Shown piece by piece: positions 28,523-37,751 of a DNA stretch of 64,000 nucleotides. The translations under genes were made by a program, and so were the position numbers. This DNA comes from Euryarchaeota archaeon UBA443. GTDB lineage: Archaea; Thermoplasmatota; Poseidoniia; Poseidoniales; Poseidoniaceae. The notes under the pieces are model-generated. The model did no database searches. It was given only the letters and a program-made list of their open reading frames with translations, and was not told the DNA's origin. The stretch's first letter is position 1. Every line of letters begins with the position of its first letter. Location: contig DAKS01000039.1 in the NCBI GenBank assembly GCA_002499195.1, positions 11,720 through 75,719 on the forward strand. Direction: 5' to 3'.

Positions 28523-29317
28523 GTGGTCAATGATTTCGTTACATTTCAAGTGGCTGCTATTTGTGGCCTTATTGGAATGACGCTTGGATGGCGTGGCGTT
28601 ATGACCAAATATTCTGGATTCTATGACTTGCCAACCGCATGGAATCAAGTGTTTTGGGGTATTCTTCTCGGTGGAGCTTTCGCATCATATGCCGATAATT
28701 CCTTGTTTTTGCCATATTTTGAAGCCCAACTAACTGGAGAACGAACTGCCGAATTGAATCTCATACGCCTTATTCTGATTCCATTAATCGCAACTATTGG
28801 TATGCATTTTTTACTGCGGCGAAAGCGAGTCAGAAAGGGTGGTTCCCAAGCCACCAGCGGTTGGGCACTTGGCCTTGCAGTCGGCGGCATGTTAGCCATT
28901 GTATTGATCACAAGGAAGGTTCAGACGGGTATAGATGGTCCTATGGACGTACTTACCATATTGCTTATCGGTTTCTTTGCACCTCGTGTTGAAGCCATTA
29001 TCACGGCCTTCCATGGCACATTGATGTTGAGAAAAAAACGCTGGGGTGCTATATTCCGTGCAACCTTTTGGAGGGCTTCATCGCTTACGATGTTCTATTT
29101 TGCATGGTTCAGTCCACTAGCATGGGTTTTCATCATCCCTCCGATCCTCCTCGTACAAGATTCGGCTGAAAAATGGGTTTGGGATTCGGTTCCAAAAGAG
29201 GGAAGACGTCGTTGGAGAAGAATGCAGGCCGATAAAAAGCGTGAAAAGCAGGCATCTGCGAGGCTAATTGAGGCTCCACAGTCCATGATTCTTAACGCCG
29301 GAAATGCGGAAGAGTGA
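28523..29317 (+). CDS. Hypothetical multi-pass membrane protein
   Basis: 264-aa ORF, about 6 hydrophobic helices with basic cytoplasmic loops. Confidence 0.7.
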   Translation: MVNDFVTFQVAAICGLIGMTLGWRGVMTKYSGFYDLPTAWNQVFWGILLGGAFASYADNSLFLPYFEAQLTGERTAELNLIRLILIPLIATIGMHFLLRRKRVRKGGSQATSGWALGLAVGGMLAIVLITRKVQTGIDGPMDVLTILLIGFFAPRVEAIITAFHGTLMLRKKRWGAIFRATFWRASSLTMFYFAWFSPLAWVFIIPPILLVQDSAEKWVWDSVPKEGRRRWRRMQADKKREKQASARLIEAPQSMILNAGNAEE

Positions 29318-29402
29318 AATCGCGGCCTAAGACTACCTCTATCAATGGTTTGGTCGGTCATCTCACACAACCATTAAACCATGACTGTGAAACCAAGAGG
29401 GT

Positions 29403-30998
29403 ATGGGTTCCTGCCCGTATTGCAGTGCGACCACGCTGGATGGCGATACCATTTGCTATTCCTGTGGAAGGGTTTTGGCGAATAGTTCGATAATGGATAG
29501 CAGAATTCTTCTCCAAAAAGATCGGCATAACAACGTCAATGCGTACAGGATGACGGCTAAACCAAACCGTCGAGGTATCGTTCAAACCGATCGGGGACGA
29601 ACTAAAAACATCCTCAAAGGGCGAAAGAATCGTTTTCGAAGCATCATCATGCTAGGATTGGTTGCGTTCATTATGCTCTCTCCACAAGCCAGAGAAATGA
29701 CCATAGGAAAGATTTCTGAAGTCAAAGATTTCATTATGAATCCAACGTCAGGTTACTTGGTCTATGACATCGAAGCTGATTATACATTAAATCGAATTGT
29801 GACATTTGAAAATAAGGATAACGATATGACCGAATATTTCAATGAATCACTACCTATATCTCCCGATGTGTACGCCCTAGAAAATAGTAATTCGATGTAT
29901 ACATACACAGATGGAACACAAGATCTTCCGAATCAAAAGATACAGGATGTTACAGCAATAGAGTTGAGAATTGATGGCCAATCAATCAATATACCACTTG
30001 AAAATTCTGCAATAAAGTCACACTCTGAAGCAATTGTCACACCTGGAGGTCACAAGGTATGGTGGCCTGGAACCTCAGGCACTGGTAACCAATATTGCAT
30101 TGGAGGACCATGTGTGAAGGTTAACGTAAATTTAGGTCCAAGTCAAATCCTAACTTTCGAATATCTAGTGACGATCAGTACCAATTCCTATACCTGGTGG
30201 TCCGACGTTAACGATGTTGACCCCCGTATCCCTGGTTATTCTTCAGGAATGTTAGAGCAAAATAGCGGTACCTTTGATGACTTACAGGATCGTGGTGGAG
30301 GGGATCGTACCGATGATTTTACTGATCTCCGATGGTACGACAAGAACCGCCCTGATCACGCCATCGATGCAACAGCGGCTAATGTCATTGCAGCGGTTTC
30401 AGCCATTGATTCAAATTTGCCTGATGGAAATCAAAACGCATTCACATTTGCTCGTGCAGCATTTGAGTACATCAAGGACAATATCGTGTACTATACTTGC
30501 CCACCAGGAGACCCCAGTTGTGCTGGTCAGCCAGCTCTTAGCGGTCCGGCCTGTCTAGCCGCAGGACAAGGTGATTGCGATGAACAAACAAATGCATTCT
30601 TGAGTTTATTGAGAGCAAAGGGAATCCCAGGATGGTACGTATTTGGAATCTTATCAAGTAAGTCCTACACAAAGTGGGAGGCTCACGCATGGGGTTACAT
30701 TCAATTGCCTATGTCTACGGATTGGTGCAATGAGAACAATGTTGAATTGGATAGTTGCTACATTGAAGGATCTGTCGATGTAACCAACAACAAATGGTTG
30801 CTTCATACTGCATCAGCACTCATTGATTGGGTTGAACAACCAGATCCTAACGGTGATGGAACCTACATCAATGCGTACTACCGACCGCTCTCCTATTCGG
30901 ATAAGGACAATGATTTTGAACGAATTAAACGTGATCGGGTTTTCGCTTTGGAAGGGCCTGTTAGTTATGGTGGCGGTAAGTTCCCTGTCTATAGTTGA
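29403..30998 (+). CDS. Membrane-anchored transglutaminase-like protein with N-terminal zinc ribbon
   Basis: CPYC..CYSC, one TM, then GDCDEQ..F..LLRAKGIP, HAW, VDVT (Cys-His-Asp triad). Confidence 0.8.
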   Translation: MGSCPYCSATTLDGDTICYSCGRVLANSSIMDSRILLQKDRHNNVNAYRMTAKPNRRGIVQTDRGRTKNILKGRKNRFRSIIMLGLVAFIMLSPQAREMTIGKISEVKDFIMNPTSGYLVYDIEADYTLNRIVTFENKDNDMTEYFNESLPISPDVYALENSNSMYTYTDGTQDLPNQKIQDVTAIELRIDGQSINIPLENSAIKSHSEAIVTPGGHKVWWPGTSGTGNQYCIGGPCVKVNVNLGPSQILTFEYLVTISTNSYTWWSDVNDVDPRIPGYSSGMLEQNSGTFDDLQDRGGGDRTDDFTDLRWYDKNRPDHAIDATAANVIAAVSAIDSNLPDGNQNAFTFARAAFEYIKDNIVYYTCPPGDPSCAGQPALSGPACLAAGQGDCDEQTNAFLSLLRAKGIPGWYVFGILSSKSYTKWEAHAWGYIQLPMSTDWCNENNVELDSCYIEGSVDVTNNKWLLHTASALIDWVEQPDPNGDGTYINAYYRPLSYSDKDNDFERIKRDRVFALEGPVSYGGGKFPVYS

Positions 30999-31009
30999 GG
31001 TGATGAAGA

Positions 31010-32431
31010 ATGCGTGTTATTATTGGGGGGGCCGGGCGAGTTGGTTCAGAATTGGCTCGGGCAATGCGAGCTGAAACCATGGATGTTGTTTTGATCGATA
31101 GTGATTCAAGAGCGGTCAAGAATGCACAATCACTCGATGCTCTGGTCATTCATGGGGATATTACCTCGCGAGAATCATTGCAAGAAGCTGGAATCGGCGA
31201 TGCTACTGTATTTGTTGCTGTAACCGATTCAGATGATCGAAATTTGATTGCTTGCGCCTTAGCAGAGGATGAATTCAAGCGAAAGAATGGAGTTTCTATC
31301 AAGCATAATCTACTTTCAATCGGACGATTTCGTAATCGAGAATACGTCGATGAACACGAACAAGGACATCTGTCACGTTGGGCTGCAGTAGATTATGCAA
31401 TCGATCCAGTCGATGGAGCTATCCAACGATTGGCTACTGGTCTAAGGTCCTCAGCAATCGAAGAAGTCATTCCATTCGGACATGAAGCATATATCATCGA
31501 ATTGAACGTTACAAAGGATGCTGAACAGGTCATATACCAAACATTGGCGGAAGCGAGTCTAGGAATTGAAGGTGGATTACCCCTCATCGTTGGTGTGAAG
31601 CGAGATGGTGAGCCTAGCACTGTTCCAAGCAAAGATTTCACTTTAATGCCAAAAGACCGAATTGCTGTAGCGACTAGCGGACTAGGTTCTTTTAGTCGAA
31701 TTTTGACTGCATTTGGTCATGAATCCATCGATTTTCCTGCACAACCTCGAGTTGCGATTATTGGAGCGACCATCGTTGGAAAGAGAATCGCTGAGAATTG
31801 GCTTCGTAACGGTGCTTACGTAACTGTTATTGAGCGAAATCTGAACATTGCTAATGACCTTTCAGGTTCAGATATTGGCGCTCATGCGAATTTGGATGTC
31901 ATCCACGGGGATTTCCTTGATCGGAACATCCTTACTGAAATCGGAATCAAAGAACATCATATTGCTATTGCAGCTCTTGAAGACGACCACATCTCCATTG
32001 CAGCTGCACTCCTTGCAAGCGATATGGGCGTCACCAGAACAGGACTCATTCTCCAGGATTCCGATCTCGTAACCGTTACACAACGAATGGGAATTACATT
32101 TGCAGTTGATATCAAGCGAGTTGCAGTTGACAACATACTTGCACACATTCACACAAAGGCCTCTGGTGCTTATGCAATTCTTTCCAATATCCCTGATGTA
32201 GTCGGCATTAGCCAAACTGTATCGAAGGATTCCAAGTTTGCTGGTAAGAAGATTGGAAATTCCGGTTTGCCGGATTGGTCTAGAATCGCTTTCATTCAAC
32301 GTCGAAATACTGCAGGCTTTTGGGAGACACTTCGGCCTGCTCGGGAGAAAACAATCGTTGAGGGCGACCGTCTCATATTGTTTTGTCGACCAGATCGGGT
32401 CGCAGATCTTGAGAAACGATTCAAGGTGTGA
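31010..32431 (+). CDS. trkA: Trk potassium uptake regulatory subunit
   Basis: Two RCK_N/RCK_C pairs; IIGGAGRVG, FVAVTDSDDRN. Confidence 0.9.
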   Translation: MRVIIGGAGRVGSELARAMRAETMDVVLIDSDSRAVKNAQSLDALVIHGDITSRESLQEAGIGDATVFVAVTDSDDRNLIACALAEDEFKRKNGVSIKHNLLSIGRFRNREYVDEHEQGHLSRWAAVDYAIDPVDGAIQRLATGLRSSAIEEVIPFGHEAYIIELNVTKDAEQVIYQTLAEASLGIEGGLPLIVGVKRDGEPSTVPSKDFTLMPKDRIAVATSGLGSFSRILTAFGHESIDFPAQPRVAIIGATIVGKRIAENWLRNGAYVTVIERNLNIANDLSGSDIGAHANLDVIHGDFLDRNILTEIGIKEHHIAIAALEDDHISIAAALLASDMGVTRTGLILQDSDLVTVTQRMGITFAVDIKRVAVDNILAHIHTKASGAYAILSNIPDVVGISQTVSKDSKFAGKKIGNSGLPDWSRIAFIQRRNTAGFWETLRPAREKTIVEGDRLILFCRPDRVADLEKRFKV

Positions 32432-34074
32432 TCATGCGGTTTGATGTTCTAAATCTCATTCTTGGCTGGACACTTGTCGCCTTGACAATACCTCTCCTAT
32501 TGTGTATTGTTGCGACAGGATTCCTCGATAATTGGGAGCTTGCATTGCGAGCCTTCTCGATTCCTGCGGGTCTTTCCTTGTTCATAGGATCCATGATGTT
32601 GAGATTCGGTACGAAACGAAATACCCACATGCGTCTACGGGACAGAGAAGCCTTTGCAGCAGTCGCATTGGTTTGGCCTCTTGCAGTCTTTATTGGTGCC
32701 CTTCCATACTGGCTTGGAGGTATGTTTCATGGCCCATTCACCGATGGTTCAACATTCGCTGATATTGCCAGAGGTGCTGTGAATTCATGGTTTGAATCCA
32801 TGTCAGGATTTTCAACCACCGGTGCTACCGTAATTTCAACCTCGATGAGTCCAAATTGCTTACCAGGAATGGACTGTATCAACTCTCAGCCACGAGGTCT
32901 CCTGTTTTGGAGATCGCTCACACAATGGTTTGGAGGTATGGGAATTATCATGTTAGGAATGATGATTCTATCTCGTGTTATCGGTGGTGGAATGGCTCTC
33001 GCTCGTGCTGAATTAACCGGTCCTTCACTCTCTCGAATCAAGCCAAAACTTCAGGAGACTGCCCTAGCTCTTTGGGGTCTATATCTTGCGCTAACACTTC
33101 TAGAATTTGGATTGTTGATAACCATTGGTGGCATGGACATGTTTGATTCTATAAATCACGCATTGACGACGATGCCGACGGGAGGTTTCTCAACCTATGA
33201 TGCAAGTATTGGACACTTTGAATCATACACTATCGAATTGATCATTATCCTCTTCATGTTTATTGGTGGAATAAATTTCACCCTACTGTGGTTCATACGA
33301 GAAGGACAATTTCGTAAAGCAACCCAAGATGAGGAATTCAAAAATTACATCGTTTATATCTTAACGACATTCTTGTTCATCACCATCGCTTTGTTAGCAA
33401 CACGTGATTATACTACCGTGGATTCATTCATCGATTCTCTATTCCAGGTTGTTTCTATAGGAACCTCAACAGGTTACACATCAACAGATTACATGCAATG
33501 GCCGGTAGTAACACATTTGTTCCTCTTTGTTCTAATGATTGTTGGTGCTTCAGCAGGTAGTACGAGTGGAGGATTGAAACTGTTGAGAATTAACCTCGCA
33601 TTCAAAGTCGCTATGCGAGAGTTGGTGCGAATCGCTCAGCCTCGTAAAGTACAAACAATTCGAATGAATGGTGAAGTCGTTGGTAATCAACAATTAGGCC
33701 TTATCGTTGGGATGTTGTTTGTATGGATTGGTCTCTTTGCCATATCTTCGATTTTGCTTGCATTCATAGTTCCAGGTGAAAATTTTGAATCTATTTTGGC
33801 TCTTGTAGCCTCTAGCCTTGGAAATACTGGACCGACCATTGGTAATTACGGGCCAACTGAAACATGGGCTGGTCTAAATTCTGGGGCGCTCTTGCTAACT
33901 TCAATTCTGATGTGGTTTGGACGTCTTGAATTGTTGACTGCTGTCATTTTATTGCACCCACATACGTGGCGTTCTGAATCCAAAGACCAAGCGCCAAGAG
34001 GTGCACTTGCCCGATTGAAGAGAATGATTTCTCGAGAACCTCATGAAGAATCAGAACAGGGTCCTTTGGGCTGA
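32428..34074 (+). CDS. trkH: Trk potassium uptake membrane subunit
   Basis: FESMSGFSTTGA, QWFGGMGI, TGGFS, STGY, GSTSGGLK, GNTGP, GRLE. Confidence 0.93.
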   Translation: MIMRFDVLNLILGWTLVALTIPLLLCIVATGFLDNWELALRAFSIPAGLSLFIGSMMLRFGTKRNTHMRLRDREAFAAVALVWPLAVFIGALPYWLGGMFHGPFTDGSTFADIARGAVNSWFESMSGFSTTGATVISTSMSPNCLPGMDCINSQPRGLLFWRSLTQWFGGMGIIMLGMMILSRVIGGGMALARAELTGPSLSRIKPKLQETALALWGLYLALTLLEFGLLITIGGMDMFDSINHALTTMPTGGFSTYDASIGHFESYTIELIIILFMFIGGINFTLLWFIREGQFRKATQDEEFKNYIVYILTTFLFITIALLATRDYTTVDSFIDSLFQVVSIGTSTGYTSTDYMQWPVVTHLFLFVLMIVGASAGSTSGGLKLLRINLAFKVAMRELVRIAQPRKVQTIRMNGEVVGNQQLGLIVGMLFVWIGLFAISSILLAFIVPGENFESILALVASSLGNTGPTIGNYGPTETWAGLNSGALLLTSILMWFGRLELLTAVILLHPHTWRSESKDQAPRGALARLKRMISREPHEESEQGPLG

Positions 34075-35565
34075 ATCACGTTTTGGTTCTGACTCAGGAT
34101 CAGGTTCGATTACAGTTTCTTCATGCAATACTTCCAAAACGGAATCAATAACAGGATCTTTCCATTTCTCTTCCGCCTGTTCATAGGCTTGAATCAAGGC
34201 TTTCGTCGATTTTCGTGAAACTGGTAAATTACAAAGAGCAACATGTTCATCAGCACTCAGACCAAGTGCAAGTGAAATTTCAAACCGATTAGGATCACCA
34301 AACACAGGATTTTCTTGATGAAGAACACTCAATAAAGGCATAAATTCACGTCGAACGGTTGAACGACTCGTCTTTGATACATCAGCAAGATGATCAATGA
34401 TTGCAGGTCGAGCCCATGAACCTGAACGTCTCAAATAATTTGGATAACTTGTATAGATTCGATTCGGAAGAGTCGCTCCATTAGCTACACTTGCTGATAA
34501 AGAGGACAAATGCAGCGTCCAATATGATGAATGATGTGCTAGGTTACGATATCGACTCTCAACTGAGCGATCAGCGAGAAGTAGGGTCTTTGCGGCTCGA
34601 CGCATCGCAACCACATCGAACAAGGAAGAGTTGTTCCAATGAACCCAATTCATCAAGTCAGAAGGCTGTTTATCGATGCTACGACCTATTGCAACTGCGT
34701 CTGTAGCAAAGTCTGCTCTGTAAAGAGACTCCATACCTGGAAAAACCTCGGTGGTCATATCGCGAACACCTGCCTCAAGATGTTGGCTTACCAACTCAGG
34801 AACTAACTTCTCGATACCGCCTGAGGCTAGGACCTGCAAATCACGAACCAATGCTCGAAGATCGCCATGATTTCCATCGACAAGAACATCGATTGCTTCG
34901 TTTGTGTAATCGATTGCTTCCTCTCGAAGTACACGTCTGGCAATTCGCCTCAAAGCTTCATCGGAAACGCGTTCAAATGTCACCGTAATCAAATGTCGAC
35001 TAAATCGATCCTTTGTATTGCGCCAAGTGGATGAACGACCCCAAAGCCCCATGATGTCATTGCATGCAAGAATGACCGGTTGTTTGGTGGCCTCTAGAAG
35101 CCTCAGTAATTCTGCTTTACCACCAGAATCTCCAGAAAGTGTTGTCGCTTCATCACCTTCTATTCCTTTCCTTATACGGTCTTCACTTACCGCTCGAAGC
35201 CCACCACCGATGTGATCTACTTCATCCAACAAAATCAATGTCCGTTGTTGTGGTTTTGTCGGATCATGAAACAGGGACCTGTGTGTTGAGGACTGAGTTG
35301 CTGCTTTGCGAATAGCAACAGCATTTCGGGTATCGCTTGCATTGAGTTCAATAACGGTCCAACCCATATCTTGAGCAATCGCACGTGCAACAGTGGTCTT
35401 TCCAACACCGGGTGGACCGACGAGAAGGATTCCTTTTTTCTTGGGTTGGCCATTGACCCATCCGTCCAACCATTCGCGGATTTTACGACGTTGAATTTCG
35501 TTACCCTCGAGTTGATGCTCGGACGTTGGACGATGCCGCTCAGTCCAATCTGAAGCACCGCTCAT
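34051..35565 (-). CDS. rfcL: Replication factor C large subunit
   Basis: WTERHRP, GPPGVGKTT, IELNASD.R, LLDEVD, GDLRA; C-terminal PIP box QRTLF. Confidence 0.9.
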   Translation of the reverse strand: MSGASDWTERHRPTSEHQLEGNEIQRRKIREWLDGWVNGQPKKKGILLVGPPGVGKTTVARAIAQDMGWTVIELNASDTRNAVAIRKAATQSSTHRSLFHDPTKPQQRTLILLDEVDHIGGGLRAVSEDRIRKGIEGDEATTLSGDSGGKAELLRLLEATKQPVILACNDIMGLWGRSSTWRNTKDRFSRHLITVTFERVSDEALRRIARRVLREEAIDYTNEAIDVLVDGNHGDLRALVRDLQVLASGGIEKLVPELVSQHLEAGVRDMTTEVFPGMESLYRADFATDAVAIGRSIDKQPSDLMNWVHWNNSSLFDVVAMRRAAKTLLLADRSVESRYRNLAHHSSYWTLHLSSLSASVANGATLPNRIYTSYPNYLRRSGSWARPAIIDHLADVSKTSRSTVRREFMPLLSVLHQENPVFGDPNRFEISLALGLSADEHVALCNLPVSRKSTKALIQAYEQAEEKWKDPVIDSVLEVLHEETVIEPDPESEPKRDSAQRTLF

Positions 35566-35587
35566 AATTTCACATATTCACGACGGT

Positions 35588-35594
35588 TCTTGAA
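35588..35594 (-). promoter_or_regulatory. TATA-position element TTCAAGA, 29 nt before rfcL ATG
   Basis: Recurring motif and offset. Confidence 0.6.
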
Positions 35595-35607
35595 GATGTT
35601 TCTTCAA

Positions 35608-37275
35608 TCAAAGGAAGGGTAGTTCATCCATAGAAATTCGCGTTTGCGAGCCATCATCACGATTTCTAATAGTGACTGTTCTATCTTCAACAGATTGATG
35701 ATCAACAGTAACACAAATCGGCACACCTACTTCATCAGCACGTGCGTAACGCTTTCCGATTGAACCACTTCCATCATAAAGTGATACAATACCTGCCTTT
35801 TGACAACATCGTTGATGTAATTCAAGAGCCAATTCATCCATACCGTCTTTCTCAAACAGTGGAAGGATTGCAACATCGATAGGTGCAATCGAATCGGCTA
35901 GTTTCAGCATACGATACGGTTCACCAGCCTTTTCAGTTTCTTCAAAGGCGTGATCGATGACATGCCAAAGGATTCTATCGATACCAAAGGCAGGTTCAAC
36001 AACATGAGGGATAAACCATTCACCAGTCTCTTTGACGGTTTTCTGAACACGCTTGACGTGTTCACTCTGAACTGTTACCACACGGCCATCAGAGAGAGTT
36101 ATATCGGCTGGAAATTCAACAGATGATTCAAACGATTCAACGATAGTTTTGACTTGTCCCGCATCTGCACGAAATGCTGGTCCTGCAACTCCTCCATCGA
36201 TGGTCCAACCATCGATTTCAACAATCTTAGGCTCCGAAAATTCTCTTCGAGCACGAAGTGTCTTTCCTGTGGCCTTTTCGTGAGCTTCAAGATCATAACA
36301 ACCTCGGTGGGCGATACCAACGCACTCGATCCACCCATACGAACCTTCGATCTCAGCATCCCAACAATCTGAAGCATAGTGTGCCATCTCATCAGCAGCA
36401 TGTTGGCGGAATCGTAGTCGTGATGAATCGATGCCAATACCAACCAGAAAATCATAGGTCTTACCCATGAAATAACCGACTGTAGCGTGACGAATTAATT
36501 CCTTTTCAACAGCCTGTGCAAGGGACATTGAATGTAGTGTTCCTTCACCATCAACGAGATTGAAAATCTTCGAGGACCATGAAGAGAAATCATGCTCCAG
36601 TGGTTCATTAGGATCGATAAAGTACTCCAATTCAGCCATGTTGAATTCACGTAATCTAATCATTCCTTGACGTGGCGAGATCTCATTTCTATACCCCTTT
36701 CCAACTTGAACTGCTCCGAAGGGAAGACGTTCCCTGAAGTGACGGTACAATGCAGGGAAGGAAGTAAACATCCCTTGTGCAGTTTCAGGACGCATAAAAC
36801 CTTCAGAACCCTGGCCTATAGTCGTTGAAAACATCAAATTTTGTGCAATAATTTCACTCCAATCTCGTGAAGAGCATGATGGACATTCAGGATTTACTTC
36901 CTCCAGAAGTGATTGTAGTTCAGCCTTCGCAAGCGCATCCGGATTCGGATGATAGCCTTCCAAAAGCGTGTCAGCTCGACTAGCTTCATCGCACTGTCCA
37001 CACACCGTCATAAAGTCAGAAAATTCACCTACGTGCCCACTTGCTTCAAGAACTTCATACGGAGTAACTGTAGGACATGATATCTCAACCACATTTCCGA
37101 GGGAAAGCCAATGGTCGAGCCAAACTTGATTCAGTCGAGATCGAAGTCTGCCTCCTACCGGACCGAAATCATACAATCCCTTTGCACCACCGTACAAATC
37201 AAAAGCAGGAAGAATAATGCCGCGCTGACGCAACATTCCTTGCAACCGTTCTAGGCGTGCATCATCCTTGGACAA
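35608..37275 (-). CDS. glyS: Glycine--tRNA ligase (alpha2 type), TTG start
   Basis: YGG..GLYDFGPVG, ASGHV, MRPETAQG, RNEISPRQG..RLREF, MAHYA.DCWD, PHVVEPAFGIDR, SIGKRYAR. Confidence 0.96.
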   Translation of the reverse strand: MSKDDARLERLQGMLRQRGIILPAFDLYGGAKGLYDFGPVGGRLRSRLNQVWLDHWLSLGNVVEISCPTVTPYEVLEASGHVGEFSDFMTVCGQCDEASRADTLLEGYHPNPDALAKAELQSLLEEVNPECPSCSSRDWSEIIAQNLMFSTTIGQGSEGFMRPETAQGMFTSFPALYRHFRERLPFGAVQVGKGYRNEISPRQGMIRLREFNMAELEYFIDPNEPLEHDFSSWSSKIFNLVDGEGTLHSMSLAQAVEKELIRHATVGYFMGKTYDFLVGIGIDSSRLRFRQHAADEMAHYASDCWDAEIEGSYGWIECVGIAHRGCYDLEAHEKATGKTLRARREFSEPKIVEIDGWTIDGGVAGPAFRADAGQVKTIVESFESSVEFPADITLSDGRVVTVQSEHVKRVQKTVKETGEWFIPHVVEPAFGIDRILWHVIDHAFEETEKAGEPYRMLKLADSIAPIDVAILPLFEKDGMDELALELHQRCCQKAGIVSLYDGSGSIGKRYARADEVGVPICVTVDHQSVEDRTVTIRNRDDGSQTRISMDELPFL

Positions 37276-37341
37276 GAAATCCCCTCATCCTATGCTGATG
37301 GAGATGGCATTTCAACTTGACCACAGGATGAAAGGCTTGGA

Positions 37342-37348
37342 TTCAAAA
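37342..37348 (+). promoter_or_regulatory. TATA-position element TTCAAAA, 29 nt before ferredoxin ATG
   Basis: Recurring motif and offset. Confidence 0.6.
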
Positions 37349-37370
37349 ACCAGAGCACCTAGGGATTCCC

Positions 37371-37685
37371 ATGGGACAATCCATGGTGGCCATAACTGAA
37401 GCGGATTGTACCGGTTGTGATTTGTGCATACCTCACTGTCCTTTTGAGGCCCTACTACCACTCGCAACAAACCCTCATGGTCGTGATCACAAGAAACGCC
37501 CAGTTGTGGTACTTACCACGCAATGTGTTGGTTGTCTTTCTTGCATAGGTTCTTGTCCAACCAAGGCACTTCATGAAATTCTTATGCCACCAATTTCAAA
37601 CACATCCCCTCTCCTCATATCAAGTGAGGAACCAGATACTGAAACCGTTCCACGATGGGGAAAGAAAGGTCTCGGTTGGGCCTAA
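37371..37685 (+). CDS. 2[4Fe-4S] ferredoxin
   Basis: CTGCDLCIPHCP and CVGCLSCIGSCP. Confidence 0.88.
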   Translation: MGQSMVAITEADCTGCDLCIPHCPFEALLPLATNPHGRDHKKRPVVVLTTQCVGCLSCIGSCPTKALHEILMPPISNTSPLLISSEEPDTETVPRWGKKGLGWA

Positions 37686-37751
37686 GGTAAAAACGAAACA
37701 CTCATATGTGTCATACCTTGCCTCCACACCACTGAGATTGGTGAAAAAAAA

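Noticed and set aside
29346-29383. Inverted repeat ATGGTTT...AAACCAT upstream of the transglutaminase gene
   Set aside because: Short arms, long spacer, single occurrence; indistinguishable from chance
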